A DNA stretch of 62,628 nucleotides, counting the filler. It is 14 parts of 14 records of this genome, joined end to end, with 100 filler letters (N's around TTAATTAATTAA, not from the genome) between each part and the next. Parts side by side here need not be neighbours in the genome. Positions count along the whole stretch, not along the records: positions 53,586 to 58,769 come from SRR7504441_14191; positions 58,870 to 62,628 come from SRR7504441_14217; 12 more parts are not named here. One strand, written 5' to 3'. A program made the position numbers and the translations under genes. Shown piece by piece: positions 58,029-62,628 of this stretch. Numbering within the stretch: position 1 is the first letter of the stretch; each line of letters begins with the position of its first letter. A model generated the notes under the pieces. The model saw nothing but the letters and a program-made list of their open reading frames with translations. It did no database searches and was not told where the DNA came from.

Positions 58029-58073
58029 ATCGCCCTTATTCGCCTGGTCGTCTATCGAAGAGCCAGCCACCTC

Positions 58074-58761
58074 TCAGATGATGATTCCGTTGGAGCGGAT
58101 CAGGCACACCAGTGGTTTCTCTGCCAGGGGGGCGGCTGGTGGCTCCGGGGTGGGCTCTGCAGCTGGAGGAGTCTGCCAGATGATGGGTCAGGCCGAGCGG
58201 TCAAGTGTACAGGTGCCTGTGCCGCCGGGGCCGCGGCCGCCGGCTGGTACCCGGTGAAAGCGGGGACGTCATCGGCCTCCTCAGTTAACACAGCCACTGC
58301 CTGGGCGGGGACGTCATCCCCAAAGCCGGAGGCGGGGCAGACACCGTGCCGACCGCGACGTCCGTTGACCCGGCCGGGAGCAGGATGGCTGCGATGTAAC
58401 CGTCCTCCTGGTTTTCAAAGTCGACGGTTGCCTTGTCGGTCTCCACCTCGCACAAGACGTCCCCCGCAGACACTTGGTCTCCCACTGAGACCTTCCAAGC
58501 CCCGATGTTCCCAACCGTCATCGTCGGCGAGAGCGCCGGCATCCCGAGCAGCTGGTGCGGCGGATACCCCGAGGCGGGGACTGCCGCCCCTGCGGGGCTG
58601 GGCGCGCTCGCTGGAACACCCGACCCAGCGGCCGCTGGGCTGCCCGACTTGAGGCTGCCTTTGAGGTGGCGGAAGCGGATGAGCGGCTGATGGGCCATCC
58701 GCCGCACCGCCAGGTTGGCGCGAAGCCCGGCCGCCCGCGCGGCGAGCACCCCGCGTAGCAT
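58074..58761 (-). CDS. Mitochondrial-targeted lipoyl-domain protein (PDH E2/E3BP-type lipoyl domain, no catalytic domain)
   Basis: Arg/Ala-rich presequence; [13 protein letters not shown]...[12 protein letters not shown]...GYIAAIL; Ala/Pro linker then stop at 58074 or 58100 depending on splicing. Confidence 0.8.
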
Positions 58762-58893
58762 GGCTTGCCNNNNNNNNNNNNNNNNNNNNNNNNNNNNNNN
58801 NNNNNNNNNNNNNTTAATTAATTAANNNNNNNNNNNNNNNNNNNNNNNNNNNNNNNNNNNNNNNNNNNNGGGGGGGGGGGGGGGGGGGGGGGG

Positions 58894-59620
58894 CAGAGCA
58901 AGATTTTGGGCGAGTTGGACAGGGTGGTGAACGAGGTCAAGGACAGGACGGGCGTATTGGCCGACTACAGCTTCTGGGTGCCGGCTCTGGGGCCCGGTCT
59001 TGTTGAGAGAGTTTTGGCAGGGCCCTCCAGAGATTCTGCTATGGGGGCTGCTCTATTTGATAATAATCGTGCTGCTGTTTCTGGCGGTGGCGTTTGTGCT
59101 CACGGATGCGCTGGGGATCAAGCATTTGACCCAAAGCGACTAGGCGCTCACACCCTGGAGGCTGGAACCTAAGTATGGCTTCAGCACTCATCAAACTAAA
59201 CTTAAAACGCTCGAGCTGATCTCGGGCTGTTCCCCCCGAGGGGGGGGGGGGCATGGCGCCTGGCGGCGCGGGGGACTGGAGGCGCTGGCCGGGCAGCTAC
59301 CTGCGGTGGGCCCAAGCTCGCGATCGAGCCTGGTGATGACGAGTGCCAGCTGCGGCTGTACCGCTTGAATGGGAGCCGCCGGCTGACGCCTGGACAGCTG
59401 GGGCACGCGGCGCTCACGGTGGACTGGGCGGCCGTCGGGTGCCTGGAGTAGCAAGAGGTGGGTTGTGACGCCGGATCCGCTGGCCATAAGTGGGGGAGCC
59501 CAAACGAGCTAGTGCATACAGAGCTTCTTTACACCCGACGGGGCCTATCTGGTGCGGATTCAGTGCTACTGGCAGCGATTAGGTTCCATGCAATAATAAA
59601 AGCCATTAATTTGAATGAAT
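58894..59620 (+). CDS. 3' fragment of a hypothetical protein (multi-exon)
   Basis: Coding-like frames after a poly-G at the contig start; converges on the SelH 3' UTR. Confidence 0.3.
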
Positions 59621-59647
59621 GCCATAGACCTACCAAACTTACGAGCC

Positions 59648-59713
59648 GCTGACCATGCCTCTCCGCCTGTGAGCTGTACAATTTAGCCCACACGCATCAT
59701 TCGGGGCCGGAGC
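59648..59713 (-). promoter_or_regulatory. SECIS element in the SelH 3' UTR
   Basis: Minus strand: AUGAU-GCGUGUGGGCU-AAA-UUGUAC-AGCUCACAGGC-GGAG; 11-bp helix II (one G.G mismatch), unpaired AAA, tandem G.A/A.G core; AUGA 26 nt after the stop. Confidence 0.88.
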
Positions 59714-59726
59714 CTGCAGCTAGCTA

Positions 59727-60309
59727 TCACTCCAACTTGGCCTTGACATCCTCGAACACGGCCTCCATGTCTAGCGCCTTGAGCTGCGGGAACGGCCTGC
59801 GCCTCACCTCAGCCGACCAGCTGGGCCAGCCCACCGCTTCAGGCCGGTCAGACTCAGCACAGCCTGCCCACCCGGTCGGACCGGGGCCTGGCCTGGCTTA
59901 GCCGCACCTCGTCCCCGACCTTGATCTCGAAACAGCCGACCCGCGGCCTCTTGGCACCTGCGGCTGGACTCTGTCTCTGGCTGCTGCCGGGCCCACCCTT
60001 GGTGTTGAGTTCGGTGAGGAACTCCGGCTCGTTCACACCAACCGTCACGTCGTCGAACACCGCCTGCCCACCGGTCAGCGCGCCCAGCCGGCAGGCGGTG
60101 CCTTGATCTTCTTCTCGATCGTGGCTGCTCGCGACTTGAACGCGCCTCAGCTCTTGCTGGCCGTCCGCTCGACCGGGCCCCCGGCGAGGCTCGTACCAGG
60201 CCTCGATCGTTACGGCGGCGCGCCCTGACGGCTTGGTCTTCTTGGCCGCCGGCGCGGCCTCCGTTGGCGTCGCAGAAGCGCGAGCAGGAGCACCACGCTT
60301 CTTCGCCAT
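59727..60309 (-). CDS. SELENOH: Selenoprotein H (Rdx family, CxxU) with in-frame UGA at 60147-60149; 4 introns
   Basis: Introns 60157-60196, 60064-60101 (GC-AG), 59864-59907 and 59797-59834 give VTIEACKS-U-GAFKSRA...KRPRVGCFEIKVGDE-AVLSLTGLKR-PFPQLKALDMEAV; basic N-terminus; SECIS downstream. Confidence 0.9.
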
Positions 60310-60359
60310 GACCCCGGTCAAGACGTGCCGTTAGAACAGCACCGGGGCTCGGGTCGAAG

Positions 60360-61844
60360 ATGGCTGTGGCTGCTTCTGTTGTGTACCTCGGTGCGCTGCT
60401 TCTAACGCTGGCGGGGTCCGCGCCGGTGCCGTCCGCCTCGAGTTTCCTGATCGACAAGCTCCCTGGGCTTGCCACGCCGCCTTCCTTCAAGCAGTACAGC
60501 GGCTTCATGCCCTTGGGAGACCAGGCCGGCACTCACCTGTTTTTCTGGTTCTGCGAGTCCCAGCGGAGCCCGACAACAGACCCGTTGCTCTACTGGACCA
60601 ACGGTGGCCCCGGCTCGTCCAGCGTAGCCTATGGATTTTGGACGGAGCACGGACCTTTCCGGCTGGCCCAGAACGGTACTGTGGTCGAGCCGTACCAGTT
60701 CAGCTGGAACCAAAAGGCCTCGGTGCTGTACGTGGAGCAGCCGAGCGGTGTGGGGCTCAGCTGGTCGGCTGACCAAGCCCACTACTCTACCAACGACCAG
60801 CAGGCCTCCGCGGACAACCTGCTCTTCCTCAAGGCCTTCTTCCGAGTGTTCCCCGAATTCCAGCGCAACGAGTTCTACGTGACTGGTGAGTCCTACGGCG
60901 GTCACTACGTGCCTCAACTGGCGATGCGCATCCTGGAGGACCCAGTGTTCGAGAAGAGTATCAACATGCAGGGCTTCTTCATCGGGAACCCTGGTATCAA
61001 CTCCGACTGGTATTACAATATCAACGAGTACGCCTTTCTCACTTTCATGTACTCGCATGCGCTGCTTCCCCAGAAGCAATACCACGCCGCCTGGAAGGCG
61101 TGCAACTGGAACAGCTTTATTGACAGCTGCGGGGTTGACTTCACCCACCCTACCGTGGCATGTGTCAACGCGACACACGAAGCTTGGACCTACCTGCCCA
61201 GGACCTGGGATCCTTACAATGTCTTGGTGGGCACTTGCCACGAGCACAGCGGGCCAGAAGCGCGTGAGGCCAGGTTGGCGGCAGACGCGTTCGTCAGCCG
61301 CACAACGCCATTCCTTGCTGAGATGCGCCGCCGTCACGGCTTGGAGGGGAGCATGGCGTACGACCCTTGCATCACTCACCAGACGCCTCTCTACATGCGT
61401 CGGCCGGACGTTCTCAAGGCCATCCACGCCGACAGCCACCCCAACCCCGTCTGGCCCAGCGACCGGCCAGGTTGGAACTATGGCGACGAGACCGAAGACA
61501 TTGCTCTTCTTTTCCCAAAGTTTGCGGCCCAGGCCCCGCACTGGAAGATCGCAGTCGTCTCAGGGACGGCGGATGCGGCTGTCCCATTCATTGGGACGGA
61601 GCGTTGGATGGAGTGCCTCGGGCGTGAGGTGGTGGAGGACTGGAAGCTGTGGACGCTGCACGGAGACGTGGCGGGGGCTGTCAAAACCTACGCGCCAAAC
61701 ATGCAGTTCATCTCAGTCAAAGGCTGCGGCCACACTATCCCAACTTACTGCCCCGAGCCGGGGTTTGTCATGCTTGACAACTGGCTAAGCAACAATTGGC
61801 CTCCGCAACAGGACGAGGGGGCGGCCGGGGCGACTGAGCTGTAG
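60360..61844 (+). CDS. Secreted serine carboxypeptidase (S10)
   Basis: FKQYSGF, WTNGGPGSSS, EHGPF, GESYGGHYVP, SGTADAAVP, VKGCGHTIP; signal peptide. Confidence 0.96.
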   Translation: MAVAASVVYLGALLLTLAGSAPVPSASSFLIDKLPGLATPPSFKQYSGFMPLGDQAGTHLFFWFCESQRSPTTDPLLYWTNGGPGSSSVAYGFWTEHGPFRLAQNGTVVEPYQFSWNQKASVLYVEQPSGVGLSWSADQAHYSTNDQQASADNLLFLKAFFRVFPEFQRNEFYVTGESYGGHYVPQLAMRILEDPVFEKSINMQGFFIGNPGINSDWYYNINEYAFLTFMYSHALLPQKQYHAAWKACNWNSFIDSCGVDFTHPTVACVNATHEAWTYLPRTWDPYNVLVGTCHEHSGPEAREARLAADAFVSRTTPFLAEMRRRHGLEGSMAYDPCITHQTPLYMRRPDVLKAIHADSHPNPVWPSDRPGWNYGDETEDIALLFPKFAAQAPHWKIAVVSGTADAAVPFIGTERWMECLGREVVEDWKLWTLHGDVAGAVKTYAPNMQFISVKGCGHTIPTYCPEPGFVMLDNWLSNNWPPQQDEGAAGATEL

Positions 61845-61932
61845 AATTAACTAAAGACAATCATGTCAGCGGACCCGTAGAACTAGTTCACAAACAGTTA
61901 ACTACAATGAATACATGCATATGTACTACTCG

Positions 61933-62124
61933 TTACGGTATCTTCGTTTCTAAGCTTAAACTCTTGGCAGTCTGGACACACTGATCTTCGCGGTAGTACC
62001 CTTCCTTCGACAGGCTCTTCTTAAACACCTCGAGCACCTTTTCTTTGCTTGGGCAGCAACCCAGCACACACCCCATCTCGCGATCGCCGGGCCAGCTCCA
62101 TATGCGTCCCAAACCACACCCCAT
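61933..62124 (-). CDS. Putative microprotein (47-63 aa) with N-terminal MGCxLG acylation motif(s)
   Basis: MGCGLGR...MGCVLGCCPSKEK; divergent from the DUF285 gene with CAACGG in the spacer; AT-rich 3' flank. Confidence 0.4.
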   Translation of the reverse strand: MGCGLGRIWSWPGDREMGCVLGCCPSKEKVLEVFKKSLSKEGYYREDQCVQTAKSLSLETKIP

Positions 62125-62181
62125 CTCTGCAACGGGCACTTATTATTATTTCGCCTGCAGCTGCCTGTTGATAATTCTTCA

Positions 62182-62628
62182 ATGGCTCGTCTTCTCTTCC
62201 TCGCGTGCATCGCCTCATCAACACTCGCCGCCAAGGACTGCCACGACGTACATGTAGGTGATCAGGCGGCTACACAAGAACGTCAAGAAGGTCGTGCTCG
62301 GCGTCTCCTGCGGTCGGGCACTGGCTTCACCGACGCGCCCGCCGGGTCGAGACGCACCGCTTATCAGTTCACAGACAGCGGCAGCCGTAGACGGTCTGTA
62401 ACCCTGCAGACCGCGGTCACTGAGTGGTGCACTGCCGCTACCAATGGTGAGACAACCGTCTACGACGATACCTCTTCAGCAATGACTACCCTCCAGAGCC
62501 AGTACGGTTGGGGTAATATCCAGGACTGGGACGTTTCTCTGGTCACCTCCATGTCGCAGCTGTTCAATGGTAAGGCCTTCTGCAACCCGCCGATTGGGAG
62601 CTGGGTTGTGAGCCAAGTGACCGACATG
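62182..62628 (+). CDS. Secreted DUF285/BspA-like surface repeat protein, 3' truncated by the window end
   Basis: Signal MARLLFLACIASSTLA; LQTAVTEW...YGWGNIQDWDVSLVTSMSQLF...NPPIGSWVVSQVTDM; frame open to the window end. Confidence 0.82.
   Translation, partial: MARLLFLACIASSTLAAKDCHDVHVGDQAATQERQEGRARRLLRSGTGFTDAPAGSRRTAYQFTDSGSRRRSVTLQTAVTEWCTAATNGETTVYDDTSSAMTTLQSQYGWGNIQDWDVSLVTSMSQLFNGKAFCNPPIGSWVVSQVTDM

Noticed and set aside
4444-58869. TTAATTAATTAA repeated 13 times at regular-looking intervals
   Set aside because: Always flanked by 44 Ns on each side: an assembly concatenation linker, not a biological repeat or CRISPR array. Gene adjacency across linkers has no meaning.
58870-58893. 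Poly-G run (and poly-T at 4413-4429) as G-quadruplex, telomere or retro-insertion tail
   Set aside because: Both are at or next to contig ends, typical of assembly break points or sequencing artefacts.
291-61844. Frequent frame breaks suggesting pseudogenes, programmed frameshifts or a non-standard code
   Set aside because: Nearly all those examined resolve with short GT-AG/GC-AG introns. TAA, TAG and TGA all end genes; the only recoded UGA found is SelH, with its SECIS.
1-62628. rRNA, tRNA, CRISPR arrays, prophage or giant-virus genes
   Set aside because: None recognisable by eye; a tRNAscan/Infernal run would be needed to exclude small ncRNAs in the AT-rich spacers.

Overview
This window is 14 short eukaryotic contigs (about 3.0-7.2 kb each) joined by 13 artificial 100-bp linkers (44N-TTAATTAATTAA-44N), so gene neighbourhoods only mean something within a contig. 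The DNA is GC-rich and extremely gene-dense, uses the standard code, and has tiny spliceosomal introns (mostly 37-46 nt, GT-AG and some GC-AG, 3' ends often GGCAG). It probably comes from a phagotrophic protist MAG/SAG; the taxon cannot be fixed from the sequence. About 38 complete or partial genes were identified, including several that are split by introns and missing or fragmented in the ORF track (selenoprotein H with in-frame UGA and SECIS, SLX9, a Jun-like bZIP, ribophorin II, M14 carboxypeptidase, a receptor tyrosine kinase). Most notable: (1) a copine-vWA / RanBP2-ZnF / UIM / GK-rich / CHUP1-C fusion, a formin-like actin-polymerase domain described as plant-specific attached to ubiquitin/membrane-sensing modules; (2) head-to-head gene pairs separated by mostly 50-112 bp, 11 of 12 with a MYB-type YAACGG element, and AT-rich intergenic regions carrying GTACGAGTAC motifs and palindromes; (3) bacterial-type domains (GH55, a family-5 ABC substrate-binding fragment) domesticated as secreted proteins. 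Family assignments come from motif recognition by eye, not database searches, and exon boundaries are inferred.
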